From positions 2,261,380-2,325,379 of the forward strand of contig OZ242375.1 of NCBI GenBank assembly GCA_965209025.1: 64,000 nucleotides of DNA. Reading direction: 5' to 3'. Each line of letters starts with the position of its first letter. Positions within the stretch are counted from its first letter, which is position 1. The stretch comes from Acidimicrobiia bacterium (lineage in GTDB: Bacteria > Actinomycetota > Acidimicrobiia > Spongiisociales > ZC4RG35). The notes beneath the pieces are model-generated. The model made no database searches. It was not told the origin of the DNA and saw only the letters and a program-made list of their open reading frames with translations. Positions 8,848-18,108 of this stretch are shown one piece after another. Both the position numbers and the translations under genes were made by a program.

Positions 8848-9817
8848 CGCTCTGCTGGAGGTGCAGGGGCTCACGGTCAAATACGATGTCGGCCGGGAGG
8901 GGTTCTGGGGTCAACACCAGACCCGGCTCACCGCGGTCGACGACGTGAGCTTCTCCATCGCTCGCGGTGAGACCTTCGGGCTGGTGGGTGAGTCGGGCTC
9001 GGGCAAGACCACGACCGGACGGGCCGTTCTCGGGAAGGTCCCCATTGCTTCCGGCCGTGTGATATTCGCCGGGCGCGACATCACCCAGGTGGAGGGACGG
9101 GAGCGGCGGGCGATACGCAGGAACATGCAACTGATTCCTCAGAACCCCTATGGCAGCCTCAATCCTCGCATGAAGGTGCGAGAGATCATCTCCGAGCCCT
9201 TGGTGGTGCACCGGCGGTTCAAGAACGCCAAAGGGGCCACCGAAAGAGTGGTCGAGTTGCTGGAGCTGACAGGGATGAACCCGGACGACATGCACAAATA
9301 CCCGCATGCGTTCAGCGGTGGGCAACGTCAGAGAATCGTCATCGCCCGGGCGCTGGCCCTGAACCCGGACCTGATCATCGCCGACGAGCCGGTGTCCGCC
9401 CTGGACGTGTCGATTCAGGCGCAGGTCGTGAACCTGCTCCAGGACCTTCAGCAGCGGTTACGCCTGACCTACATCTTCATCGCCCACGACCTGGCTGTTG
9501 TGCGCCACATCTCTCACCGCATAGGCATCATGTACGCGGGCAAACTGGTCGAGGTGGCGAAGGGAGAGAGCGTCTACCGGTTCCCGATCCACCCTTACAC
9601 CGAAGCCCTCCTGTCTTCCGTCCCGATACCCGATCCGAGGATCGAGCGCGGCCGGGCGGTGCAGGTGATCGCCGGCGAACCGCCGGACCTGATCCACCCG
9701 CCCATGGGTTGCCGCTTTCACACCAGGTGCCCCCTGGCCGAACCACGCTGCCGTGAGGCGGCCCCGCCCATGGAAGCCAAGACACCCGGCCACGAGGCTG
9801 CCTGTTGGGTGCGTTAG
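8840..9817 (+). CDS. ABC transporter ATP-binding protein (DppF/OppF-like)
   Basis: Walker A GESGSGKT, signature FSGGQRQR, Walker B IIADEPVSALD. It overlaps the upstream gene by 8 nt. Confidence 0.9.
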   Translation: MSDALLEVQGLTVKYDVGREGFWGQHQTRLTAVDDVSFSIARGETFGLVGESGSGKTTTGRAVLGKVPIASGRVIFAGRDITQVEGRERRAIRRNMQLIPQNPYGSLNPRMKVREIISEPLVVHRRFKNAKGATERVVELLELTGMNPDDMHKYPHAFSGGQRQRIVIARALALNPDLIIADEPVSALDVSIQAQVVNLLQDLQQRLRLTYIFIAHDLAVVRHISHRIGIMYAGKLVEVAKGESVYRFPIHPYTEALLSSVPIPDPRIERGRAVQVIAGEPPDLIHPPMGCRFHTRCPLAEPRCREAAPPMEAKTPGHEAACWVR

Positions 9818-9884
9818 GCGCCCGGTTGCTCGACACCGCACTCGGGCGCCGCCAGGGCCGGCGGGGGTACGGCTCAACACCCCG

Positions 9885-11117
9885 ATGAAAAGAGGGCTGG
9901 GCCGCGCCTACAACAGGCTGCTCACCGGTTATGCGATCTCGAATGTGGGCAACGGGGTTTTGCTGGCGGCGCTCCCGCTGTTGGCCGCCTCGAATACCCG
10001 GAACCCGCTGGCCATTAGTGGACTCACAGTGGCCGCGGGACTCCCCTGGATCGTGATCGGACCCCTATCGGGAGCAATCGTGGATCGTTGTGACAGACGG
10101 AGTGTGATGGTACTGGCCGAAGTCAGCCGAGCCGGACTGATGGGCGCCGCCGCTCTCTATGTCTTCCTGGGAGGCGAGTCGATTCTTGCCCTCTATGGCT
10201 TGTTGATACTGGTTGGAGTCGGTGAGACCTTCTTCGACCCTGCCGGTCTTGCCCTGGTGCCGGGCCTGGTCACATCTTCGCAACTGGACGCCGCCAACAG
10301 TCGGCTCTATGGGACTCAGATCCTGGTCCAACGCTTCGTAGGGCCTCCGCTCGGGGGATGGTTGTTTGCCTTCGCGGCTTGGGCGCCCCTGGGAGTGGAT
10401 GCGCTCAGTTTCCTGGCCGCGGGGATGGTTGTACTGGGGCTGCCCCGCGGCACGAGGAAGAATCCATCCGAACATCGCCGCCCAGGATTGCTGACTGAAG
10501 CGGTCGAAGGTATCAGATGGGTGTGGCGTGACTCGGTGCTACGGGCGTTCATGGTAGGAGCAGGGGCTCTTCACTTCGCGACTGGCGCCGGACTGTCTGT
10601 TTTGGTATTGATCGCCCAGGACCGCTTCGCTTTGACTGGTTTCGGCTTCGGGCTGACGATGGGTGGGCTGGCTGTCGGTTACTTTCTTGGTTATGTAGTC
10701 GCCCCCTCCATTACTGCGAGGCTCCCGCGGGCAAGAATCTGCGTGGGCGCCTTGGTTGGCGTAACGGGTGGCTTCTTCCTTGTGGCGGTGTCCGGGTTCG
10801 CTCTGGTGGGCGGGTTGGGATTGGCCCTGGTAGGCCTGTTAGGGGCGCAATTCGATGTTGTGGCTATCACTTATCGCCAGTCAGCGGTGCCCGATCACAC
10901 TCTCGGACGCGTCCTGACGGGCTTCTGGTTTGTAACCCACGGAGCGATTCCGGTTGGCGCCCTTGTCGGGGGGCTGGTCGCCACATGGGCCGGAGTCGGC
11001 TACACGTACGTGGCCGCCGCCCTGGCGGTAGCGGCGGTGGCTCCCTATCTGTGGGTTGCGTTGAAGGGAGAGGAACTCGATCCCGAACGCCTTCAAGGAG
11101 AGTCGCCGGGGTCCTAG
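9885..11117 (+). CDS. MFS transporter
   Basis: The ATG at 9885 (MKRGLGRAYNRLLTGYAISNVGNG...) starts a 12-TM-like hydrophobic profile. The 44 codons upstream in the track ORF are Arg/Pro-rich and overlap the ATPase gene. Confidence 0.75.
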   Translation: MKRGLGRAYNRLLTGYAISNVGNGVLLAALPLLAASNTRNPLAISGLTVAAGLPWIVIGPLSGAIVDRCDRRSVMVLAEVSRAGLMGAAALYVFLGGESILALYGLLILVGVGETFFDPAGLALVPGLVTSSQLDAANSRLYGTQILVQRFVGPPLGGWLFAFAAWAPLGVDALSFLAAGMVVLGLPRGTRKNPSEHRRPGLLTEAVEGIRWVWRDSVLRAFMVGAGALHFATGAGLSVLVLIAQDRFALTGFGFGLTMGGLAVGYFLGYVVAPSITARLPRARICVGALVGVTGGFFLVAVSGFALVGGLGLALVGLLGAQFDVVAITYRQSAVPDHTLGRVLTGFWFVTHGAIPVGALVGGLVATWAGVGYTYVAAALAVAAVAPYLWVALKGEELDPERLQGESPGS

Positions 11118-11701
11118 CCGGCATGCCCGGGGTGTCGGGATGAGGGGTCGGGGACGCCGTAGCGTCGGAGGCCTTCCCGGAGGTCCTCGGGAGAGTCAAC
11201 CGAGAACCACGACCTCCCGTCCTCGCCCCAGGAGCGCCAGCGTCCAGGAAAAACCACGGTTCCCCCGAGGAGGGGAGCTTCCGGCTGGAGAGATCGTTGA
11301 TCACGCGCTATTGCGGTCAGAGCTGACCGCGATGTGGCCGGGTAGGTGGCGCAGGTGACCTGGTACTGCCCATCCATGGGAATGGCGGGTTGGGGCTGGA
11401 CTCCCACGAGAGCGGCCAGGGTGGCGGGCCGGACCCAGGGCTGGTCCACGCCTACTACCAAGATGGGACCTCCCCCCGCCGCCGTCAGGCCGGTGACGAT
11501 GCCCGCGCTGGGGCCCCGACCACCCGGCAGGGCATCGGGGATTGCCCGGATGCCCTCCGCCTCCCGGCGACCCACCACCACCACCTCGGAGACCACTTGG
11601 GACACCGCCGCCGCCACCCAGTCCAACAGGGTGCGCCCATCGAGAAGGGCCATTGCCTTGTCTCGTCCCATCCGCCGGGAACGGCCGCCGGCGAGAATCA
11701 C
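11114..11701 (-). CDS. mobA: Molybdenum cofactor guanylyltransferase (MobA-like NTP transferase)
   Basis: Motifs LAGGRSRRMG, GPSAGIVTGL and VVGVDQPW. The track ORF extends to 11797, which would overlap the divergent MFS start. The GTG at 11701 just before ILAGG is the likelier start, but this is uncertain. Confidence 0.7.
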   Translation of the reverse strand: MILAGGRSRRMGRDKAMALLDGRTLLDWVAAAVSQVVSEVVVVGRREAEGIRAIPDALPGGRGPSAGIVTGLTAAGGGPILVVGVDQPWVRPATLAALVGVQPQPAIPMDGQYQVTCATYPATSRSALTAIARDQRSLQPEAPLLGGTVVFPGRWRSWGEDGRSWFSVDSPEDLREGLRRYGVPDPSSRHPGHAG

Positions 11702-11770
11702 TCCCAGGGTTTCCGGTCCGGAGATGGATGAGTGCGGTGGTGGGGACGGCTTCACGGTCGGGCGGCTCGC

Positions 11771-11792
11771 TAATACAATCGCATGGGAGTGA
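11771..11792 (+). promoter_or_regulatory. Conserved leader with a -10-like TACAAT immediately upstream of MFS paralogue 1 (copies at about 13091..13111 and 14385..14406)
   Basis: TAATACAATCGCATGGGAGTGAAG versus CAATACAATCGAAGGGAGTGAAAC versus CAATAAGATCAAGGGGCATTGAAG. The hexamer ends 4 to 10 nt before the candidate start codons. This implies leaderless or near-leaderless mRNAs. Confidence 0.35.
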
Positions 11793-13033
11793 AGCAACAG
11801 GTTACCGGTCGAGATCTCACCGGTATTCGCCGCCGCCTCCTCTACGTGCTTTTCACGGGTACGACTCTGGGATGGGTTGGCTTCATCGCCACCCTCACCG
11901 TGGCGACGGTGGCGGCCCGATCCCTGACCGGATCAACCACCATGGCCGGCATACCGCTGGCTGCCGGCGCCCTCGGCCAGGCGTACGGGACCAACCTGTT
12001 CGGAAGGCTGAGCGCCAGCCGCGGTCGTCGGTTCATCATGCTGGTGGGCCCGCCGATCTCCGCCTTGGGGGCGATCGTGGAGATGGTGGGTGTTGTCGGC
12101 GGTTGGTATTGGATGCTGGTTGGGGGGGCGGTGTTGGTCGGCGCCGGTCTGGGCTCTCAGCACCTGTCCCGGTATGTCGCCGCCGAGTTGGCCGAGGAGG
12201 GCCGCCAGGGAACGGCGATGGGGATCTTGGTCCTGTCCGGCACCATCGGCGCGGTGGTGGGTGCCAACCTGGTGGAATGGGTGGGCCGGATTGTGGAGGG
12301 CGGTCTGGGCACTCCGTACGCCGGCGCCTTTCTGCTCGCAACGGTGGCGTTTCTTCTCACTTGGCTGCTCTTCTGGGCGGCTCTCCGTCCAGACCCCTCA
12401 GAGGTGGCCGTCACCGGCCAGGCGGCGAGAACCGTTAGAGGAGACGGCGCCGTCGGAGCGGCGTTGAGAATGCCGACGGTGCAGGTGGCCATTCTGGCTA
12501 TGGTCTCCGCACAGGTGGTGATGGTTGGGGTGATGACTGCTACACCGCTCCGCATTGAGGATGCCGGGTATGGCCTGAACATAGTGGGGGTGGTGATCTC
12601 CACCCACACCGTGGGGATGTTCCTCTTCGCCCCCCTGGTGGGGAAACTCGTCGACCGCCTGGGTTATCTGCCGATCCTGGGTGTGGGATTGCTAATGACC
12701 TGGGGGTCCTTGCTCTTGGCGGGGGTCGCTCCCTATGAGGGGTACGGAATGCTGAACGCCGGGTTGTTCTTGTTGGGCTTGGGTTGGAGTTTCTCCTTTG
12801 TGGCGGGCAGTTCCATGTTGTTTGCGTCCGCGCCGCCGGATGTCCGCCAAGTGGTGGAGGGAAAGGCGGATGCATTGGCACACGTCATGGTCATGACAGG
12901 CAGCGCGGGAGCAGGGGTTCTCATGAGCGCCGTCGGGTTCGGACTCCTGAATCTGGTGGCGGCGGGTTTCTTGTTGGCCCTGTTGCTGCTGGTGTCGTTC
13001 TCTCCCAGACTCCGGGCGGCGCTGGCTTCTTAG
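11783..13033 (+). CDS. MFS transporter, tandem paralogue 1 of 3
   Basis: 416 aa with a 12-TM-like profile. It is collinear with the next two ORFs (RRRLLYVLFTG..., GTNLFGRLSASRGRRF, RPDPSEV, FVAGSSMLFASAPPDVRQVVEG). The start may be the GTG at 11789, which is homologous to the starts of paralogues 2 and 3. Confidence 0.8.
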   Translation: MGVKQQVTGRDLTGIRRRLLYVLFTGTTLGWVGFIATLTVATVAARSLTGSTTMAGIPLAAGALGQAYGTNLFGRLSASRGRRFIMLVGPPISALGAIVEMVGVVGGWYWMLVGGAVLVGAGLGSQHLSRYVAAELAEEGRQGTAMGILVLSGTIGAVVGANLVEWVGRIVEGGLGTPYAGAFLLATVAFLLTWLLFWAALRPDPSEVAVTGQAARTVRGDGAVGAALRMPTVQVAILAMVSAQVVMVGVMTATPLRIEDAGYGLNIVGVVISTHTVGMFLFAPLVGKLVDRLGYLPILGVGLLMTWGSLLLAGVAPYEGYGMLNAGLFLLGLGWSFSFVAGSSMLFASAPPDVRQVVEGKADALAHVMVMTGSAGAGVLMSAVGFGLLNLVAAGFLLALLLLVSFSPRLRAALAS

Positions 13034-13107
13034 ACAAGCGACACAGCAAGCTGCCCTTGGCGGGGAGTGAGGGTTCTCCGGGCGACCGGCCAATACAATC
13101 GAAGGGA

Positions 13108-14367
13108 GTGAAACCTCCGGCGCCCAACCTCGAACTCACTGCCGTCCGGCGCCGTCTGGTTTATGTGCTGTTCTCCGGCGCCGTGCTGACTTGGCTGGCC
13201 TTCGTTGCAACTATCACAGTGGTCACCTTGGCGGCCCGGGCCTTGAGCGGATCGACCATGCTGGCCGGGTTGCCGCTGGCGGCCGGCGCCTTCGGCCAGG
13301 CGATGGGTACCAATCTGTTCGGACGGCTGAGCGCCCGGCGCGGCCGGCGGTTCGTCATGTTGAAGGGTTCGCCGATCTCCGCTTGCGGGGCGGCATTGGA
13401 ATTGGTGGGGGTGGTGACTGGCGCCTACTGGCTGCTGGTGGTAGGGGCGGTGTTCGTGGGCGGGGGCGTGGGTGCTATCCATCTGGCCCGTTATACCGCT
13501 GCTGAACTGGCCGAGTCGGATCGGAGGGGATGGGCATTGGGTCTGGTTGTATGGGCGGGCACGGTCGGCTCTCTAGTGGGGGCCAACCTGGTGGATTGGG
13601 TGGGTGGGATGGTCGAGGAGAGATTGGGCACTCCCTATGGCGGCGCCTTCCTCCTGGCCATAGCGGGGTTCCTGCTGTGCTGGCTGACCTTCTGGGCGGC
13701 GCTCCGCCCCGATCCTTCCCGGGTGACGGTTACCACCCAACCCGGCCCTCCGGTCCGCAAGTCGGTCGGTTCCGCTCTCCGACTCCCCGCGGTACAGGTC
13801 GCCATCCTGGCGTTGTTGTCGGCACAGGCGGCCATGGTGCTGGTGATGACCACCACCCCCCTTCGCATCGAGGACGGGGGTTACGGGTTGGGCGTGGTGG
13901 GCCTGGTCATATCGACCCACGGTGTGGGAATGTTCGCCTTTGCACCCCTTGTGGGGAAGCTTGTGGACCGCATTGGCCACCTGCCGGCCCTGGGCTTAGG
14001 GGTTGTGATGACCTGGGGGTCGCTGATTATGTCGGGAACGGCGCCTTATGACGGGTATTACCTCTTGATAGCCGGGCTGTTCATACTGGGTCTGGGATGG
14101 TGTTTCTGTTTTGTGGCCGGCAGTTCCATGTTGTTTGCCTCCGCGCCTGCGGACGTCCGGCAGGTGGTGGAGGGAGTGGCGGATTCGGCGACCTGGACGA
14201 CGGTGATGCTGGGGAGCGTTGGCGCGGGGATGTTGTTCAGCGCGATTGGATATGGTTTGCTGAATCTGGCGGCCGCCGTTCCGATGCTGGTGATCCTTTT
14301 GGTGGTCCTATCGACGCCGCGCCTTCGAGCCGTGCTCTCCTCCCGGCCCGCCCTTCGATCCTCCTAG
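13108..14367 (+). CDS. MFS transporter, tandem paralogue 2 of 3
   Basis: The GTG at 13108 (VKPPAPNLELTAVRRRLVYVLFSG) aligns with the N-termini of paralogues 1 and 3. The track ORF from 12784 overlaps paralogue 1 in another frame. Confidence 0.8.
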   Translation: MKPPAPNLELTAVRRRLVYVLFSGAVLTWLAFVATITVVTLAARALSGSTMLAGLPLAAGAFGQAMGTNLFGRLSARRGRRFVMLKGSPISACGAALELVGVVTGAYWLLVVGAVFVGGGVGAIHLARYTAAELAESDRRGWALGLVVWAGTVGSLVGANLVDWVGGMVEERLGTPYGGAFLLAIAGFLLCWLTFWAALRPDPSRVTVTTQPGPPVRKSVGSALRLPAVQVAILALLSAQAAMVLVMTTTPLRIEDGGYGLGVVGLVISTHGVGMFAFAPLVGKLVDRIGHLPALGLGVVMTWGSLIMSGTAPYDGYYLLIAGLFILGLGWCFCFVAGSSMLFASAPADVRQVVEGVADSATWTTVMLGSVGAGMLFSAIGYGLLNLAAAVPMLVILLVVLSTPRLRAVLSSRPALRSS

Positions 14368-14402
14368 CGGGCAGCGATGGTCCCCAATAAGATCAAGGGG
14401 CA

Positions 14403-15641
14403 TTGAAGCCTCGGGCTACAGACCTTGAATTCAATGCCGTCCCGCGCCGTCCGGCTTATGCGCTGTTCTCCGCTTCCGTACTGAACTGGGCAGCTTTCTT
14501 CGCGACCGTCACCGTGGTGACAGTGGCGGCCAGGGCTTTGAGCGGATCGACCATGCTGGCGGGTTTGCCGCTGGCGGCCTGTGCCCTAGGACAGGCACTG
14601 GGCGCCAACCTCTTCGGCTGGCTGACCGCCCGCCATGGGCGGCGGCTGATCATGTTGAAAGGCCCGCTTGTGTCGGCTTTGGGAGCGACGCTGGGACTGG
14701 CGGGGTTGATGGCAAAGAACTATTGGCTGCTGGTGGGTGGGGCGATGCTGGTGGGCGCAGGCGTCGGCGCCGTCCATCTGGCGCGATTCACGGCCGCTGA
14801 ACTGGTCGAGGCCGAGCGAAGGGGATGGGCATTGGGTCTCGCTGTTTGGGCGGGGACCCTTGGGTCTCTGATGGGAGCCAACCTGGTGGATTGGGTGGGT
14901 CGGATGGTGGAGGAAGGGCTGGGCACACCCTACGGGGGTGCCTTCCTGGTCGCCATCGCGGGCTTTCTGCTGTGCTGGTTGCTCCTCTGGACGGCGCTTC
15001 CGTTCGACCCTCCCCGGGTGGCGGTGACCACCCGGTCCGGTCCTCCGATCAGACGGCAGGCGGTTCTCGCCCTGGGTCTCCCTGCGGTGCAAATCGCCAT
15101 GCTGGTGTTGTTGTCGGCGCAGGCGACCATGGTATTGGTGATGACCGCCACCCCTCTTCACATCGAGGACACCGATTACGATCTGAAGGTGGTGGGGCTG
15201 GTGATTTCGGCGCTGGCGGTGGGAATGTTCGCATTTGCTCCAATGGTGGGGAAGCTTGTCGACCGCGCCGGCCATTTGCTAGCGCTGGGTCTGGGAATGG
15301 CGGTGACCTGGTATTCGGTGTTCCTGTCGGGAACCGCGCCTTACGACGGGTATCTCCCTCTGATTGCCGGGTTGTTCCTGTTGGGACTGGGATGGTGCCT
15401 TTGCTTTGTGGCCGGCAGTTCCATGTTGTTCGCCTCCGCGCCTGTCGAGGTTCGCCGGGTGCTGGGGGGAGTGGCGGATTGGGCGACGTGGGCGATGGTG
15501 ATGCTGGGCAGTTTGGGAGCGGGAATGCTGATGAGCGGGATCGGATACGGCTCGCTCAATCTGGTGGCGGCCATGCCCATGCTGGTTGTCCTCTTGTTGG
15601 TGTTTGCGATCCCGAGATTCCGGACCGCGCTCTCCGCCTAA
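14403..15641 (+). CDS. MFS transporter, tandem paralogue 3 of 3
   Basis: 412 aa with a TTG start at 14403. It is clearly homologous to paralogue 2 along its full length. Confidence 0.8.
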   Translation: MKPRATDLEFNAVPRRPAYALFSASVLNWAAFFATVTVVTVAARALSGSTMLAGLPLAACALGQALGANLFGWLTARHGRRLIMLKGPLVSALGATLGLAGLMAKNYWLLVGGAMLVGAGVGAVHLARFTAAELVEAERRGWALGLAVWAGTLGSLMGANLVDWVGRMVEEGLGTPYGGAFLVAIAGFLLCWLLLWTALPFDPPRVAVTTRSGPPIRRQAVLALGLPAVQIAMLVLLSAQATMVLVMTATPLHIEDTDYDLKVVGLVISALAVGMFAFAPMVGKLVDRAGHLLALGLGMAVTWYSVFLSGTAPYDGYLPLIAGLFLLGLGWCLCFVAGSSMLFASAPVEVRRVLGGVADWATWAMVMLGSLGAGMLMSGIGYGSLNLVAAMPMLVVLLLVFAIPRFRTALSA

Positions 15642-16336
15642 GGGTCGGATTTAGGGCGTCTGTCGCTGGCCAAGCGGTAACCCCACCAGATGAGGGACGC
15701 CGCGGTTAGGAGGGAGACCGAGAAGCCGGATGACTCGTGGAGAAAGCCGAGGATGGTACCTCCGGTGGCGGCGGCCAGCACTCCGCCGGTGATCACGAGG
15801 TTGGCGGCGGCCCGCCGCGGGTTGGACTTCCGGAATCGGACCGCGCCCCACAGGGCGGCCGAGACCAGCACCAATGTCCCGAGGCCTCCGGCGATAGGGG
15901 CCAGCAGCCGGGGGCCGAATCCGGCTTCGGCGATGGAGGGGAAGATGTCGGCCGGGATGCCGCCATCGGGCAGGGACCGAGCGAAGGGGGTGACGCTCAC
16001 CAGGGTGGTTGCCATGGCGGAAAAGCCGAACAGTCCCACCACCATGATGTGCCCGGCCTTGCGGCCCACCGACAGGAAGACCGATCCCAGCGCCAGGAAG
16101 GGGATGTTCAAGACGGCCCCGAACAGAAAGAAGAGCCGGTAGCTGAGGCCGGTCCATCCCCACGCCAGACCCGAGAACAGGGCCCACACAGCGATGGCGA
16201 ACATGGCCATGCCGGCGGTGTAGGCTGACAGGTGGGGTCGCGGTCTGTTCCGCAGGTCGCGGGCAAGATCCAAGGTGGCGGTGGTTGCCACGCCACCTGC
16301 CAGGGCGGCCAATACCACGGCGGCGATGTTGCCCAC
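15638..16336 (-). CDS. Hypothetical polytopic membrane protein
   Basis: 232 aa with about 7 hydrophobic segments. I recognise no family. It is convergent with MFS-3 (4-nt overlap). Confidence 0.6.
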   Translation of the reverse strand: MGNIAAVVLAALAGGVATTATLDLARDLRNRPRPHLSAYTAGMAMFAIAVWALFSGLAWGWTGLSYRLFFLFGAVLNIPFLALGSVFLSVGRKAGHIMVVGLFGFSAMATTLVSVTPFARSLPDGGIPADIFPSIAEAGFGPRLLAPIAGGLGTLVLVSAALWGAVRFRKSNPRRAAANLVITGGVLAAATGGTILGFLHESSGFSVSLLTAASLIWWGYRLASDRRPKSDP

Positions 16337-16343
16337 CGAAGGG

Positions 16344-18107
16344 ATGCTATCAGGTGAAGAAGAGGGTTCTCCGTTGACCGGTCCCCGCCCGTGGCCGGGA
16401 GTGCCGGACGTGACCGTGGAGCGGGATGTTCCCGCACGGATGCGGGACGGGACGACTCTGTATGCCGACGTCTACCGCCCGGTGACCGACGCCCTCCTGC
16501 CCGTGCTCCTGATGCGCTCCCCGTACGACAAACGGAACGCCACCATGCCGTTCGGTCATGCCCATCCCATCTGGTACGCCTCCCAGGGGTACGTGGTGGT
16601 CATCCAGGACACGCGGGGCCGGGCGACGTCGGAGGGGGAGTTCTACCCCTATCTCCACGAGAGCGCCGACGGCTACGACACGGTGGAGTGGGCGGCCCGG
16701 CTTCCCGGCTCTGACGGTCGGGTGGGGATGTGGGGCTTTTCCTACGTGGGCGCCACCCAGTTGCTGGCGGCGGTCGAGCGTCCACCCAGCCTGGCTGCGA
16801 TAGCTCCGGCTTTCACGGCTTCCCAGTACTACCAGGGATGGACTTACAACGGGGGAGCGCTCTCACTGGCTTTCATTCTCTACTGGGCGAACCTGCTGGC
16901 CATCGACACCGCCCACAGAGCCGGTGACCGGGCCGCCTTCGAGTCCCTGGGGGCTTCCCTGGCCGAGGCGCCCGGGTGGTTCTGGTTCACCCCCCTCAGG
17001 GAGTACCCGCCCCTGTCGGATGGCTATGCACCGTGGTTCTACGACTGGCTGGAGCACTGCACATACGACGATTACTGGAGGCGGTGGTCCATCGATGAGG
17101 ACTACAGCCGGATCACCGTCCCCGCCCTCCACGTGGGTGGCTGGTACGACGTCTTCGTCTCGGGGACGGTGGCCAACTTCTCGGGTCTCGGCGCCGCAGC
17201 GGGCGCCGAAGCCGCCCGGCAGGGACAGAAACTGTTGCTCGGCCCCTGGACGCACATGCCCTGGAGCCCCCTGGGATCCTCCGAGAGCCGACCTCCCGAC
17301 ACGATCGGGATCGATGACTGGCACATCCGCTGGTTCGACCAGACCATCAAGGGAAGGGACACGGGAGTTCTCGACAGCCCGGTCACTGCCCATCTCTACA
17401 ACGGGGGATGGCGGCACTACGACGACTGGCCTCCCTCGGGCGTCGAGTACCAGGACTGGTTCATCCACTCGGGCGGTCGGGCCAACTCCAAGTTCGGGGA
17501 TGGTTCGCTGAGCCGACAGGGTCCCGGCGAGGAGCCTCCCGACCTGTTCGTGTACGATCCGGCCCTCGCCACCCCCAGCCAGGGCGGCCACTCCTGCTGC
17601 TTCGACACTATCACCCCGATGGGCCCGGCCGACCAACACCCGGCGGAAGCCTCCCGGATGGTGCTGGTGTACACCTCTGAGCCCCTAGGACGGGAGGTGA
17701 CCCTGATGGGTGACGTGAGGGTCACGCTGTGGGCAGCCACCACCGCCGCCGACACCGATTGGACCGCCCGGTTGTGCGTTGTCGACTGTTCCGGCGTCTC
17801 CACAAATCTGCAGGAGGGGATCATCCGGGCCCGGTACCGGGACTCGTTGTCCGATCCAAGTCCAATCCGGCCGGACAGGGTCTACCGGTACACGATCGAG
17901 TTGGGTCCCGTGGGCGCCCTGGTCCCGGCCGGACATCGCTTGCGGCTGGTGTTGGGGAGCTCCGACTTCCCCCAGTGGGACCGTAACATGAACACCGGCG
18001 GCCCGCTGTTCGCCGAGCCTTCCACCGCCGGACGTCCGGCGACCCAGACCGTCCTTCACAACCCGTCCCACCCCACCAGTGTCACTCTCCCCGTCTTGGA
18101 GGGATAA
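16344..18107 (+). CDS. CocE/NonD family hydrolase (X-Pro dipeptidyl-peptidase S15-like alpha/beta hydrolase)
   Basis: Blocks RDGTTLYADVYRP, LLMRSPYDK, DTRGRATSEGEF, nucleophile elbow GFSYVG, and a C-terminal beta-sandwich region (HRLRLVLGSSDFPQWDRN). The start is taken at the ATG at 16344; the ATG at 16326 is an alternative. Confidence 0.85.
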   Translation: MLSGEEEGSPLTGPRPWPGVPDVTVERDVPARMRDGTTLYADVYRPVTDALLPVLLMRSPYDKRNATMPFGHAHPIWYASQGYVVVIQDTRGRATSEGEFYPYLHESADGYDTVEWAARLPGSDGRVGMWGFSYVGATQLLAAVERPPSLAAIAPAFTASQYYQGWTYNGGALSLAFILYWANLLAIDTAHRAGDRAAFESLGASLAEAPGWFWFTPLREYPPLSDGYAPWFYDWLEHCTYDDYWRRWSIDEDYSRITVPALHVGGWYDVFVSGTVANFSGLGAAAGAEAARQGQKLLLGPWTHMPWSPLGSSESRPPDTIGIDDWHIRWFDQTIKGRDTGVLDSPVTAHLYNGGWRHYDDWPPSGVEYQDWFIHSGGRANSKFGDGSLSRQGPGEEPPDLFVYDPALATPSQGGHSCCFDTITPMGPADQHPAEASRMVLVYTSEPLGREVTLMGDVRVTLWAATTAADTDWTARLCVVDCSGVSTNLQEGIIRARYRDSLSDPSPIRPDRVYRYTIELGPVGALVPAGHRLRLVLGSSDFPQWDRNMNTGGPLFAEPSTAGRPATQTVLHNPSHPTSVTLPVLEG

Positions 18108-18108
18108 G

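Noticed and set aside
12784-13107. 108-codon N-terminal extension of MFS paralogue 2
   Set aside because: It overlaps the 3' end of paralogue 1 out of frame. Homology with paralogues 1 and 3 begins at the GTG at 13108.
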